A stretch of DNA of 64,000 nt from Escherichia coli (lineage in GTDB: Bacteria > Pseudomonadota > Gammaproteobacteria > Enterobacterales > Enterobacteriaceae): the NCBI RefSeq assembly GCF_003334315.1, contig NZ_QOWR01000019.1; one strand, 5' to 3'. Positions 11,417 through 22,517 of the stretch are shown one piece after another. Below the pieces are notes generated by a model. That model saw only the letters and a list, made by a program, of their open reading frames with translations. It searched no databases and was not told the origin of the DNA. The translations under genes were made by a program, and so were the position numbers. How positions within the stretch are numbered: position 1 is the stretch's first letter; each line of letters starts with the position of its first letter.

Positions 11417-13069
11417 TTACGCGCTCAACAGTTGCTTCATGTCTTCTTCAACAGTGGTGATAGAACGCAGGCCGAATTTCTCGTTCAGCACCGCCAGCAG
11501 GTCTGGTGTCAGGAAACCAGGTGCAGTCGGGCCGGTGACGATATTTTTCACGCCCAGAGAAAGCAGCGTCAGCAGAATGACGATCGCTTTCTGTTCAAAC
11601 CAGGAGAGCACCAGCGACAGCGGCAGATCGTTGACACCGCAGCCCAGTTTCTCTGCCAGAGTGACAGCCAGAATAATCGCTGAGTAAGCATCGTTACATT
11701 GACCTGCATCTACCAGACGCGGCAGACCTTCGATATCGCCAAACTCAAGTTTGTTAAAGCGATATTTACCACAGGCGAGGGTCAGGATCAGGCAGTCATC
11801 CGGCACGCTGGTGGCGAAATCGGTGAAGTAGTGGCGCTCGCCGCGTGCGCCGTCACAGCCACCAAGCAGGAAGATATGACGCAGTTTTTCACGGCTCACC
11901 AGATCAATCAGCGTATCAGCAGCGCCAAGCAGCGTCTGGCGACCAAAACCCACGGTGATAAGGTGCGGAATTTCGCTGTACGGGAAGCCTGCCATCTGTT
12001 GCGCCTGGGTGATAACCGCAGAGAAATCATCACCGTCCAGATGACGCACGCCAGGCCAGCCAACAATGCTGCGGGTCCAGATACGATCGTCATAAGCGCC
12101 TACGGTTGGGTCGATGATGCAGTTCGAGGTCATCACGATGGGGCCAGGGAAACGAGCGAACTCCACTTGCTGATTCTGCCAGCCGCTGCCGTAGTTACCG
12201 ACCAGATGCTTGAATTTACGCAGCTCCGGGTAGCCATGCGCAGGCAGCATTTCGCCGTGGGTGTAGACATTAACGCCCGTGCCTTCGGTCTGTTCCAGCA
12301 GGTTGTAGAGATCTTTGAGATCGTGACCGGAAATCAGAATGCATTTACCCGCCGTCGCTTTGACGTTGACCTGGGTTGGCGTCGGGTGACCGTATTTACC
12401 GGTTTCGCCTGCATCCAGAATGCTCATCACTTTGAAGTTCATCTGGCCGATTTCCATTGAACACTCAAGAAGCGCGTTCATATCGGCAGGCCAGGTCCCC
12501 AGCCACGCCATGATTTTATGGTACTGGGCATAAATATCGTTGTCGTATTGACCGAGAACATGCGCGTGTTCCATATAGGCCGCCGCACCTTTCAGGCCAT
12601 ACAGGCACAGCAGACGCAGGCCGAGAATGTTTTCGCCAATCGCCGCTTTATCTTTGTTAGGGGTAAATTCTGCTGCCTGACGTTGCAGCTCGCCGAGATC
12701 GTCGCTCACCAGTTGCAGGTCAGCCATCGGGTTATCGACGCGCGCGTTGGCATCTACAGCCAGGCATTGCGCTTTCAGCGCCTCGCGCAGGGCAATCGCT
12801 TCACGAGCGTAGCCGACAATACGCGGAGAATCGAAGTTAACGTTGGTCAGGGTTGAGAAAAAGGCACGTGGCGCGAAGCTGTCAACATCGTGGTTGATGA
12901 TGCCGTATTCACGCGCTTTTACCGCCCAGGCAGAAAGCCCTTGCAGCGCCGCGATGAGTAAATCCTGAAGGTCAGAAGTTTCCGCCGTTTTACCACACAT
13001 CCCCTGCGCGTATGAGCAGCCGTTTCCTGCCGGAGTACGGATAGTTTGTTCACATTGCACACAAAACAT
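11417..13069 (-). CDS. hcp: hybrid-cluster protein (hydroxylamine reductase)
   Basis: N-terminal cysteine cluster MFCVQCEQT; 550 aa from internal ATG. Confidence 0.92.
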
Positions 13070-13165
13070 GATCACACCTTTTAAAGTTATATTTAATATA
13101 CATGTTTAAGGTTAAGACGCTTAACGCGGGGATAAAAGGGATTTTTCATGCAACTTTAAGGGAGA

Positions 13166-13179
13166 TTGATTTAGCGCAA
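13166..13179. promoter_or_regulatory. FNR-like half-palindrome upstream of hcp
   Basis: ttgatttagcgcaa approximates TTGAT-N4-ATCAA about 100 bp upstream of hcp start; hcp is known to be anaerobically induced. Confidence 0.3.
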
Positions 13180-13212
13180 TTTTGGCGGCAGGGATCTACC
13201 GCCAGAGAGGTA

Positions 13213-14112
13213 TTACGCAGAGAAAAAGGCGATGAGGATCGGCACTAACAGGCTAAGAATAAAACCGTGAACAATTGCCGCCGGGACCATATCCAGCCCG
13301 CCAGTACGTTGAAGAACGGGCAGGGTGAAATCCATTGATGTGGCACCGCATAAGCCCAGTGCAGTAGAGCGGCTGCGGCGAATCAGCCCAGGGATCAACA
13401 TAATAGCAATCAGTTCACGGGCCAGATCATTAAAAAACGCCGCGCTCCCGATTACCGGGCCAAAAGATTCGGTCAATAAAATACCGGAAAGAGAATACCA
13501 GCCGAAACCGGAGGCCATTGCCAGCGCGGTATTGATGGGGAGATCAAGAATAAAGGCGTTAATTAAACCACCAATTAATGAACTGGCAACCACCACCACG
13601 GCGACAATCATTCCCCGGCGATTAAGGACAATCTGCTTTAAGGTCATGCCATTATTGCGCAACTGAATACCGACGAGGAAAAGTAGCAGAATTAACGTGT
13701 ATTCGCTGGCTTCGGTCGCGTGTTGTAAGAAAGCCAGTCCACTCAGACCAATGGCAAAACCAATCACTACTACGCCGCACAGTTTTAGCGACTCCAGCGC
13801 CATCGCAATACGCGACGGGAGTTTTTCTTGCTGATGGTGATTGCGCCATGGCAGGCCTCGCTCCAGCCACATCAGGGCGGCAATATTACATAGTAAAATA
13901 ACGGTAATACTGACAGCAGAATAATGCAGAATCGCCAACAGGTTACTGGCGAGGTTATCGAGAAACGCCAGACTGATACCCATAAAAAAGAGAATAAGGT
14001 AAACCATCCAGCTTAATAGCTGATTAATAACTTTTAATGCAGCTTTTTGGCGAAGCGGAATGAGGTAACCCACAATCAGGGGAACCAGAATGATTAACAG
14101 CCCAGAAAACAT
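13213..14112 (-). CDS. ybjE: inner-membrane lysine exporter YbjE/LysO
   Basis: multi-TM ORF; start placed at internal ATG (MFSGLLIIL) giving 299 aa. Confidence 0.88.
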   Translation of the reverse strand: MFSGLLIILVPLIVGYLIPLRQKAALKVINQLLSWMVYLILFFMGISLAFLDNLASNLLAILHYSAVSITVILLCNIAALMWLERGLPWRNHHQQEKLPSRIAMALESLKLCGVVVIGFAIGLSGLAFLQHATEASEYTLILLLFLVGIQLRNNGMTLKQIVLNRRGMIVAVVVVASSLIGGLINAFILDLPINTALAMASGFGWYSLSGILLTESFGPVIGSAAFFNDLARELIAIMLIPGLIRRSRSTALGLCGATSMDFTLPVLQRTGGLDMVPAAIVHGFILSLLVPILIAFFSA

Positions 14113-14567
14113 GAAAACCCAGTCCTTGCAAAGATGAAGTCGAAATGCGCGATGACACACTACTGAAAGCGGAAGGACGAGTAAAGTTGCAATTAAAAGG
14201 AAATGTTATGCATAAGGAGCAGTAGAGTATTCGTTTTCATTTAAAGATATTCTTGCGCTTTAATTACAAACTGCACCGATGTTGGTGGCGTCAAAATCGC
14301 CGAGGCGTTCCCTGAAGGCCGGGGCAGCCCACATGGATGTGGGCTGAGGGCGCGTTTTACAGGGATGTTACCTCGCGCCCGACCCGGTAGCCGTAAGGGA
14401 TAAGTCGAGGGCACCGCGCAGCGGCGATTTTGTTCGCCAGAGCCCGGGGGTGCAGGGGGCGGCGGCGATTGGCCGCCCCCTGCGCGCTCCTTGCGCCAGT
14501 GGCAATATGTGGCTTAGCTCATGAAAGGAGCGCAACAAGATGATGAATCAACATATAACAACATCTT

Positions 14568-14595
14568 AAAAAAAGGCCTGACATTACGCCAGGCC
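14568..14595 (-). terminator. rho-independent terminator of aqpZ
   Basis: hairpin ggcctg..caggcc preceded on + strand by A7 (U-run on minus strand) immediately 3' of aqpZ stop. Confidence 0.7.
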
Positions 14596-14606
14596 TTCTG
14601 CGTTAA

Positions 14607-15302
14607 TTAATCACGCTTTTCCAGCAGGGTCCGGTAAATCAGACCACCGATAATGCCGCCGACAATTGGCACCACCCAGAAGAACCACAGTTGTTCTAAT
14701 GCCCAGCCGCCCTGGAAGATAGCAACCGCGGTGCTGCGCGCCGGGTTAACAGAAGTGTTAGTCACCGGAATACTGATTAAGTGAATCAGGGTTAAGGCCA
14801 GACCAATAGCGATCGGCGCAAAACCTGCCGGAGCGAATTTGTCGGTTGCGCCGTGGATCACCAACAGGAAACCTGCACTCAATACCAGTTCAACTACCAG
14901 CGCGGAAAGCATGGAATAACCGCCTGGTGAATGCTCGCCATAACCGTTAGAAGCAAAACCGCTGGCTGCCGCGTCAAAACCCGTTTTACCACTGGCAATT
15001 AAATACAGCAGCGCTGCCGCAACAATACCGCCGACAACCTGGGCAATTACGTAGCCAACGACTTCTTTTGCCGGAAAACGTCCGCCAGCCCATAAACCAA
15101 TAGTGACCGCCGGGTTAAAATGACCACCAGAAATATGACCAACAGCAAAGGCCATCGTCAGAACGGTCAGACCGAACGCCAACGCCACGCCGGCAAAACC
15201 AATGCCTAATTCCGGGAAGCCTGCGGCCAGTACAGCACTACCACAGCCACCAAAAACAAGCCAGAAAGTACCAAAACATTCAGCTGCTAATTTTCTGAAC
15301 AT
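14607..15302 (-). CDS. aqpZ: aquaporin Z
   Basis: two NPA boxes ([14 protein letters not shown]) in MIP-family ORF; 231 aa from internal ATG. Confidence 0.95.
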   Translation of the reverse strand: MFRKLAAECFGTFWLVFGGCGSAVLAAGFPELGIGFAGVALAFGLTVLTMAFAVGHISGGHFNPAVTIGLWAGGRFPAKEVVGYVIAQVVGGIVAAALLYLIASGKTGFDAAASGFASNGYGEHSPGGYSMLSALVVELVLSAGFLLVIHGATDKFAPAGFAPIAIGLALTLIHLISIPVTNTSVNPARSTAVAIFQGGWALEQLWFFWVVPIVGGIIGGLIYRTLLEKRD

Positions 15303-15726
15303 ATCCACCTCAATTAAAAATTGACCCTGTGAAAAATATGGTCGTTTTATAGGGCCGTCGTAAAAAGTGACGACGGAAATAATGCGCGGCTATTTTAAAA
15401 ACGAAGGCGAGTCATTCACCAGATAAATAAATCCAGTAAATTTGATTTAGGGCAACAGCGGGTTACCCCATATAGTCGTTTGTCTGATTGACAGTGTAGT
15501 GCAAGCAAAAGATTTAATCCTTTAGGCGTAATAAAAAATAATTTATCATGCTAATTATTTGATTTTGTTATTTTTGCAGACTTATCAGCAAGAGGGAGTA
15601 TAACGCGATTATTCGCTCATTTTTCAGACATTTGCCATGCTTAAATGTGATGTCATCACGTATTAGCAAGGCCTTTCCCGTTATACTGCCAGCGTAAAGG
15701 ATAAGTCACATATTTCTGGAGGGGAT

Positions 15727-17385
15727 ATGATTCTTGAGCGCGTTGAAATTGTGGGTTTTCGCGGTATCAACCGTTTGTCGTTGATGCTGGAACAAAACAA
15801 CGTCCTGATTGGGGAGAACGCGTGGGGTAAATCCAGCTTGCTGGACGCCTTAACCCTGCTGCTATCGCCAGAATCAGATCTCTACCATTTTGAGCGCGAC
15901 GATTTCTGGTTCCCGCCGGGAGATATCAACGGGCGAGAACATCATCTGCATATTATTTTGACCTTCCGCGAATCGCTGCCAGGCCGACATCGGGTTCGCC
16001 GTTATCGGCCGCTGGAAGCGTGCTGGACGCCATGCACCGATGGCTATCACCGTATTTTTTATCGTCTGGAAGGGGAGAGTGCGGAAGACGGCAGCGTGAT
16101 GACACTGCGCAGTTTTCTCGATAAAGACGGACATCCGATTGATGTCGAGGATATTAACGATCAGGCACGCCATCTGGTGCGTTTAATGCCGGTGCTGCGC
16201 TTGCGTGATGCCCGTTTTATGCGCCGTATTCGTAACGGCACGGTGCCAAATGTCCCTAATGTGGAAGTCACCGCGCGCCAGCTCGATTTCCTCGCCCGTG
16301 AGTTATCCTCACATCCGCAAAATCTCTCTGATGGGCAGATTCGTCAGGGACTTTCCGCAATGGTACAGCTGCTTGAGCATTATTTCTCTGAGCAGGGGGC
16401 CGGACAGGCGCGATATCGTTTAATGCGGCGGCGAGCCAGCAATGAGCAACGAAGCTGGCGCTATCTGGATATCATCAACCGGATGATTGACCGACCTGGT
16501 GGGCGCTCGTATCGGGTTATTTTGCTCGGCCTGTTTGCTACTTTGTTGCAGGCAAAAGGCACATTGCGACTGGATAAAGACGCCCGTCCATTGTTGCTGA
16601 TCGAAGATCCAGAAACCCGTTTACACCCCATTATGCTTTCAGTTGCCTGGCATCTGTTGAATCTTCTGCCATTGCAGCGCATTGCCACCACCAACTCGGG
16701 TGAGTTGCTTTCGTTAACGCCGGTAGAGCATGTTTGCCGACTGGTACGTGAGTCCTCGCGCGTTGCCGCCTGGCGTCTGGGGCCGAGTGGCTTGAGTACC
16801 GAAGATAGCCGACGCATATCCTTTCACATTCGTTTTAACCGTCCGTCATCGCTGTTTGCACGCTGCTGGTTGCTGGTGGAAGGGGAAACGGAAACCTGGG
16901 TTATCAATGAACTGGCGCGTCAGTGCGGACATCATTTTGATGCCGAAGGGATCAAGGTCATTGAGTTTGCCCAGTCCGGGCTAAAGCCACTGGTTAAATT
17001 TGCCCGCCGAATGGGGATTGAATGGCATGTACTGGTCGATGGCGATGAAGCAGGGAAGAAATATGCCGCTACGGTACGCAGCCTGTTGAATAACGATCGG
17101 GAAGCCGAACGAGAACATTTAACGGCGTTACCGGCGCTGGATATGGAACATTTTATGTATCGCCAGGGATTTTCCGATGTGTTCCACCGCATGGCGCAAA
17201 TCCCGGAAAATGTACCGATGAATCTACGCAAAATTATCTCGAAAGCGATCCATCGCTCTTCCAAACCCGATCTTGCCATTGAAGTGGCAATGGAGGCAGG
17301 ACGTCGTGGTGTGGACTCCGTACCGACGCTGCTGAAAAAAATGTTCTCACGCGTGCTGTGGCTGGCGCGCGGTCGCGCGGATTAA
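15727..17385 (+). CDS. ybjD: OLD-family ATP-dependent nuclease-like protein (N-terminal ABC-type ATPase, C-terminal TOPRIM)
   Basis: Walker A GENAWGKSS near N-terminus; TOPRIM-like acidic motifs LLVEGETE and VLVDGDEAG in C-terminal third; 552 aa. Confidence 0.88.
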   Translation: MILERVEIVGFRGINRLSLMLEQNNVLIGENAWGKSSLLDALTLLLSPESDLYHFERDDFWFPPGDINGREHHLHIILTFRESLPGRHRVRRYRPLEACWTPCTDGYHRIFYRLEGESAEDGSVMTLRSFLDKDGHPIDVEDINDQARHLVRLMPVLRLRDARFMRRIRNGTVPNVPNVEVTARQLDFLARELSSHPQNLSDGQIRQGLSAMVQLLEHYFSEQGAGQARYRLMRRRASNEQRSWRYLDIINRMIDRPGGRSYRVILLGLFATLLQAKGTLRLDKDARPLLLIEDPETRLHPIMLSVAWHLLNLLPLQRIATTNSGELLSLTPVEHVCRLVRESSRVAAWRLGPSGLSTEDSRRISFHIRFNRPSSLFARCWLLVEGETETWVINELARQCGHHFDAEGIKVIEFAQSGLKPLVKFARRMGIEWHVLVDGDEAGKKYAATVRSLLNNDREAEREHLTALPALDMEHFMYRQGFSDVFHRMAQIPENVPMNLRKIISKAIHRSSKPDLAIEVAMEAGRRGVDSVPTLLKKMFSRVLWLARGRAD

Positions 17386-18374
17386 CCGCGAAACATCGTG
17401 GCCATTTGTGGCTGAATAGCGTCGAGCATCTCATAGCGCCGACGGTATTCAGCCCGTTTTTTACTGGCGATTTCGGCAATCTCTTTTCGTGCTATCTGTG
17501 CTGGAAGGCGGTAATGGCGTTCAGCATCACATACGCCGCCAACCGATTCCCAGAAAGCGTTGTAATCAGCGTGGATCTTGCCTTCTTTATCGCGATAACG
17601 CAGGCTGCGGTAAATATGCGTTTCATTGCTGACGGCAATAATCTGCTCTACCTGCAAACGTTGGGCAAACAGACAGGCCGCTTCCATCACGAGGCGTTTG
17701 GGAAATAGCCCGTGGCAGGCTTTCGTCGCATTCTGGATTTCCTGATGTGGAATTTCCCATTTTGCGCCTTGCAGTCCGCCAATAAACATCGTTCTTTTCC
17801 CCTGATATTCACACAGGGTAAACGTGATCTCTGCCAGAGGAATACCTTCGCTGTTGCGGAACAGGATTGTGCTGTCACCTTCTTTATCCATTGAGATCAT
17901 CATGGTCAGCTCAAGCGTGAACTGCTCGCCGTTTTTGCCTTCCAGCTTCGCCAGTTGCAGCCCGGGGGTATTCAAATATAAGCTGAATTCTTCCGCCGAC
18001 ATACATTCGCGGAGTAACGCATAATGGTAACGTAACGCCTCCAGCAATTGCTTACGGCTAAGATTCGCCGCAAGGTAAGGGCGATGCAGACGCACAGGCA
18101 GTCGCGGCTGGCGCGTTAACAATACATTGAGATTAGGCCAGTGGGAAAGTTCGTTCATCCACTCAACGCTTAAACGCGGCATAATCAACGAGCGCAGCAA
18201 AAATTTCTGGCGAAAACTACGGCGATGCCAGAATTTACCCGGCCGACACTGTCCACGTGCCAGACTAAGAAAAAGTGACAGGCTGCTGAGAGATTCAGAT
18301 GGCGTAAAGGTCCGTTCAGTTAGCTGCGACATATTCATGAAATCAATGGTTATACATGACGTCGATTTCACCAT
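17382..18374 (-). CDS. ybjX: DUF535/VirK-like protein YbjX
   Basis: ORF convergent with ybjD (4-nt overlap); true start may be an internal ATG (MSQLTER). Confidence 0.8.
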   Translation of the reverse strand: MVKSTSCITIDFMNMSQLTERTFTPSESLSSLSLFLSLARGQCRPGKFWHRRSFRQKFLLRSLIMPRLSVEWMNELSHWPNLNVLLTRQPRLPVRLHRPYLAANLSRKQLLEALRYHYALLRECMSAEEFSLYLNTPGLQLAKLEGKNGEQFTLELTMMISMDKEGDSTILFRNSEGIPLAEITFTLCEYQGKRTMFIGGLQGAKWEIPHQEIQNATKACHGLFPKRLVMEAACLFAQRLQVEQIIAVSNETHIYRSLRYRDKEGKIHADYNAFWESVGGVCDAERHYRLPAQIARKEIAEIASKKRAEYRRRYEMLDAIQPQMATMFRG

Positions 18375-18429
18375 TGCGTATCTTAACCAAACATCAATAG
18401 TGTGATTACTAACGTAAATTTTAGGGGTT

Positions 18430-18446
18430 TGTTGATATTTCGTTGA
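18430..18446. promoter_or_regulatory. PhoP-box-like direct repeat in ybjX-macA divergent intergenic region
   Basis: tgttga-N5-cgttga hexamer direct repeat resembles (T/G)GTTTA-N5-(T/G)GTTTA; PhoPQ control of ybjX/macA is reported in the literature. Confidence 0.35.
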
Positions 18447-18488
18447 AGTTAATGACCCGGATTGGCATATGGAGTATTCAGAATATTT

Positions 18489-19604
18489 ATGAAAAAGCGG
18501 AAAACCGTGAAGAAGCGTTACGTTATTGCGCTGGTGATAGTCATCGCCGGACTGATTACGTTATGGAGAATTCTTAACGCACCCGTGCCGACTTATCAGA
18601 CACTGATTGTGCGCCCCGGTGATTTACAGCAAAGCGTGCTGGCGACCGGAAAGCTGGACGCGCTGCGTAAGGTTGACGTGGGCGCGCAGGTCAGCGGTCA
18701 GTTGAAAACGCTGTCGGTGGCGATTGGCGATAAAGTAAAAAAAGACCAGCTTTTAGGGGTCATTGATCCTGAACAGGCTGAAAACCAGATCAAGGAGGTC
18801 GAAGCAACGCTGATGGAGCTACGCGCGCAGCGGCAGCAGGCGAAAGCGGAGCTGAAACTGGCGCGGGTGACGTATTCCCGTCAGCAACGTCTGGCACAAA
18901 CGCAGGCGGTTTCACAGCAGGATCTCGACACCGCCGCGACGGAGATGGCTGTGAAACAGGCGCAAATTGGCACCATTGACGCGCAAATCAAGCGCAATCA
19001 GGCTTCTCTCGATACGGCTAAAACCAATCTCGATTACACTCGCATCGTTGCCCCGATGGCCGGGGAAGTCACGCAAATCACCACTCTGCAAGGCCAGACG
19101 GTGATTGCCGCACAACAAGCACCGAACATTCTGACGCTGGCAGATATGAGCACCATGCTGGTAAAAGCGCAGGTTTCTGAAGCGGATGTAATCCACCTGA
19201 AGCCGGGGCAAAAAGCCTGGTTTACGGTGCTTGGCGATCCACTGACGCGCTACGAGGGGCAAATCAAGGATGTACTACCGACGCCGGAAAAGGTTAACGA
19301 CGCTATTTTCTATTACGCCCGTTTTGAAGTCCCCAACCCCAATGGTTTGCTGCGGCTGGATATGACTGCGCAAGTGCATATTCAGCTCACCGATGTGAAA
19401 AATGTGCTGACGATCCCTCTGTCGGCGTTAGGCGATCCGGTTGGCGATAATCGTTATAAAGTCAAATTGTTGCGTAATGGTGAAACACGCGAGCGTGAAG
19501 TGACGATTGGCGCACGTAACGATACCGATGTTGAGATTGTCAAAGGGCTTGAAGCGGGCGATGAAGTGGTGATTGGTGAGGCCAAACCAGGAGCTGCACA
19601 ATGA
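18489..19604 (+). CDS. macA: macrolide efflux membrane fusion protein MacA
   Basis: HlyD-family coiled-coil periplasmic adaptor; ATGA overlap with macB. Confidence 0.92.
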   Translation: MKKRKTVKKRYVIALVIVIAGLITLWRILNAPVPTYQTLIVRPGDLQQSVLATGKLDALRKVDVGAQVSGQLKTLSVAIGDKVKKDQLLGVIDPEQAENQIKEVEATLMELRAQRQQAKAELKLARVTYSRQQRLAQTQAVSQQDLDTAATEMAVKQAQIGTIDAQIKRNQASLDTAKTNLDYTRIVAPMAGEVTQITTLQGQTVIAAQQAPNILTLADMSTMLVKAQVSEADVIHLKPGQKAWFTVLGDPLTRYEGQIKDVLPTPEKVNDAIFYYARFEVPNPNGLLRLDMTAQVHIQLTDVKNVLTIPLSALGDPVGDNRYKVKLLRNGETREREVTIGARNDTDVEIVKGLEAGDEVVIGEAKPGAAQ

Positions 19605-21547
19605 CGCCTTTGCTCGAATTAAAGGATATTCGTCGCAGCTATCCTGCCGGTGATGAGCAGGTTGAGGTGCTGAAGGGCATCAGCCTCGATATTTATGCGG
19701 GTGAGATGGTCGCGATTGTTGGCGCTTCGGGTTCCGGTAAATCGACCCTGATGAATATTCTCGGCTGTCTGGATAAGGCCACCAGCGGCACCTATCGCGT
19801 CGCCGGTCAGGATGTTGCCACGCTGGACGCCGATGCGCTGGCGCAACTGCGCCGCGAGCATTTCGGCTTTATTTTCCAGCGTTACCATTTGCTTTCGCAT
19901 TTAACCGCCGAGCAGAACGTTGAAGTACCCGCCGTCTATGCTGGTCTTGAGCGGAAACAGCGACTGCTTCGTGCCCAGGAGTTGCTGCAACGGCTGGGGC
20001 TGGAAGACCGTACAGAGTATTATCCGGCACAGCTTTCGGGTGGTCAGCAACAGCGCGTCAGCATCGCGCGGGCATTGATGAACGGTGGTCAGGTAATTCT
20101 TGCCGATGAACCAACCGGCGCACTGGACAGCCATTCTGGCGAAGAGGTGATGGCGATCCTGCATCAGCTGCGCGATCGCGGGCATACGGTGATTATCGTC
20201 ACCCACGATCCGCAGGTCGCTGCTCAGGCCGAGCGGGTGATCGAAATTCGCGACGGCGAAATTGTGCGCAATCCTCCCGCCATTGAAAAAGTGAATGTTG
20301 CTGGCGGGACGGAGCCTGTTGTCAACACGGTGTCTGGCTGGCGGCAGTTTGTCAGCGGTTTTAACGAGGCGCTGACGATGGCATGGCGGGCGCTGGCAGC
20401 GAATAAAATGCGTACTTTACTGACCATGCTGGGGATTATTATCGGTATTGCGTCGGTGGTTTCCATTGTCGTGGTGGGTGACGCCGCCAAACAAATGGTG
20501 CTGGCGGATATTCGTTCTATTGGTACGAATACTATTGATGTCTATCCCGGGAAAGATTTTGGCGATGACGATCCGCAATATCAACAGGCGCTGAAGTACG
20601 ACGACTTAATCGCCATCCAAAAACAACCGTGGGTCGCCTCAGCCACACCTGCCGTCTCGCAAAACCTGCGCCTGCGTTATAACAATGTTGATGTTGCTGC
20701 CAGTGCCAATGGCGTGAGCGGCGATTATTTTAATGTCTATGGCATGACTTTCAGTGAAGGGAACACCTTTAATCAGGAGCAGCTGAACGGTCGTGCGCAG
20801 GTCGTGGTTCTCGACAGTAATACTCGCCGCCAGCTTTTCCCCCATAAAGCAGATGTGGTTGGCGAGGTGATTCTGGTCGGCAATATGCCCGCCAGAGTCA
20901 TTGGTGTGGCGGAAGAAAAACAGTCGATGTTTGGTAGCAGTAAAGTGCTGCGTGTCTGGCTACCTTACAGCACGATGTCCGGGCGAGTTATGGGCCAGTC
21001 GTGGCTTAACTCCATTACTGTCAGGGTGAAAGAAGGATTTGACAGCGCCGAGGCGGAACAGCAACTCACGCGTTTACTTTCACTGCGCCACGGAAAGAAG
21101 GATTTCTTTACCTGGAACATGGACGGCGTCTTGAAAACTGTTGAAAAGACCACACGTACTTTACAACTGTTTCTGACGCTGGTGGCGGTGATTTCGCTGG
21201 TGGTGGGTGGTATTGGTGTAATGAATATTATGCTGGTGTCAGTGACCGAGCGGACACGGGAAATTGGCATTCGCATGGCTGTAGGTGCGCGAGCAAGCGA
21301 TGTTTTGCAACAGTTCCTGATCGAAGCCGTACTGGTTTGCCTGGTCGGTGGCGCGTTGGGAATAACACTGTCACTGTTAATTGCTTTCACCTTGCAGCTT
21401 TTCTTACCCGGCTGGGAGATTGGTTTTTCACCGTTGGCACTGCTGCTGGCGTTTCTCTGCTCGACGGTCACCGGGATTTTATTTGGATGGTTACCCGCAC
21501 GAAATGCGGCACGACTGGATCCAGTAGATGCTCTGGCACGAGAGTAA
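19601..21547 (+). CDS. macB: macrolide export ABC transporter ATPase/permease MacB
   Basis: N-terminal ABC ATPase ([24 protein letters not shown]) fused to FtsX-like permease; 648 aa. Confidence 0.94.
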   Translation: MTPLLELKDIRRSYPAGDEQVEVLKGISLDIYAGEMVAIVGASGSGKSTLMNILGCLDKATSGTYRVAGQDVATLDADALAQLRREHFGFIFQRYHLLSHLTAEQNVEVPAVYAGLERKQRLLRAQELLQRLGLEDRTEYYPAQLSGGQQQRVSIARALMNGGQVILADEPTGALDSHSGEEVMAILHQLRDRGHTVIIVTHDPQVAAQAERVIEIRDGEIVRNPPAIEKVNVAGGTEPVVNTVSGWRQFVSGFNEALTMAWRALAANKMRTLLTMLGIIIGIASVVSIVVVGDAAKQMVLADIRSIGTNTIDVYPGKDFGDDDPQYQQALKYDDLIAIQKQPWVASATPAVSQNLRLRYNNVDVAASANGVSGDYFNVYGMTFSEGNTFNQEQLNGRAQVVVLDSNTRRQLFPHKADVVGEVILVGNMPARVIGVAEEKQSMFGSSKVLRVWLPYSTMSGRVMGQSWLNSITVRVKEGFDSAEAEQQLTRLLSLRHGKKDFFTWNMDGVLKTVEKTTRTLQLFLTLVAVISLVVGGIGVMNIMLVSVTERTREIGIRMAVGARASDVLQQFLIEAVLVCLVGGALGITLSLLIAFTLQLFLPGWEIGFSPLALLLAFLCSTVTGILFGWLPARNAARLDPVDALARE

Positions 21548-21555
21548 TTTTTGAG

Positions 21556-21590
21556 ATAAAAATGCCAGCCGATCGGGCTGGCATTTTGCC
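21556..21590. terminator. bidirectional rho-independent terminator between macB and cspD
   Basis: perfect hairpin aatgccagcc-gatcg-ggctggcatt flanked by A-run and T-run. Confidence 0.75.
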
Positions 21591-21619
21591 TTTAGGATGT
21601 ACACAATGAGACAGAAGAG

Positions 21620-21844
21620 CTATGCGACTGCCGCTTCTACTTCGACGGGCACAATAACACTGGCGTGATTGCCTTTTGGCCCCTGGTGGACATCAAACTG
21701 AACGGATTGTCCAGCTTTTAGCGTTCTGTAACCATCCATCTGAATGGTGGAATAATGAGCGAAAATATCTTCGCCGCCGCCTTCAGGGCAGATGAAACCA
21801 AACCCTTTGGCATTGTTGAACCACTTAACAGTACCCTTTTCCAT
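21620..21844 (-). CDS. cspD: cold-shock-domain protein CspD (stationary-phase replication inhibitor)
   Basis: CSD motifs KGTVKWFNNAKGFGFI; 74 aa from internal ATG. Confidence 0.92.
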   Translation of the reverse strand: MEKGTVKWFNNAKGFGFICPEGGGEDIFAHYSTIQMDGYRTLKAGQSVQFDVHQGPKGNHASVIVPVEVEAAVA

Positions 21845-22166
21845 GCTTCGACATCCTTCGCAAATCTTATACAAGTAAGATGGAATAAACCGGGGTCAGA
21901 GAGGGGGCTGTTCAAAACCTCGCCAACTCTAGAAATACAATTTAGAGAATTAGGGCGAGCCGTCAAGCGTTTGACAGGGGCCAGGGGGCAGGTATGAATC
22001 AAAAATTTGAAGCAGTTAACGCTATTGACAGGAATGTGACAGATGTCGCTGATGCCAACGATAGATGATAGTTATCTATCATGTGGAGTAGATTGGTCAG
22101 GCAAATAAGCTCTTGTCAGCGGCAGGGCGTTCTGCCGATAACCGTAACCGAAGATGATAACTGACA

Positions 22167-22487
22167 ATGGGTAAAACGAACGACTGGCTGGACTTTGATC
22201 AACTGGCGGAAGAAAAAGTTCGCGACGCGCTAAAACCGCCATCTATGTATAAAGTGATATTAGTCAATGATGATTACACTCCGATGGAGTTTGTTATTGA
22301 CGTGTTACAAAAATTCTTTTCTTATGATGTAGAACGTGCAACGCAATTGATGCTCGCTGTTCACTACCAGGGGAAGGCCATTTGCGGAGTCTTTACCGCC
22401 GAGGTTGCAGAAACCAAAGTGGCGATGGTGAACAAGTACGCGAGGGAGAATGAGCATCCATTGCTGTGTACGCTAGAAAAAGCCTGA
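22167..22487 (+). CDS. clpS: ClpA adaptor ClpS
   Basis: 106-aa ORF immediately upstream of clpA. Confidence 0.93.
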
Positions 22488-22517
22488 ATGCAGGCATAAA
22501 AATTGGGGGAGGTGCCT

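Noticed and set aside
22061-22082. Inverted repeat atgatag-ttat-ctatcat upstream of clpS as a regulator binding site
   Set aside because: Short and AT-rich, so it could arise by chance; kept only as a note because I cannot link it to a known operator.
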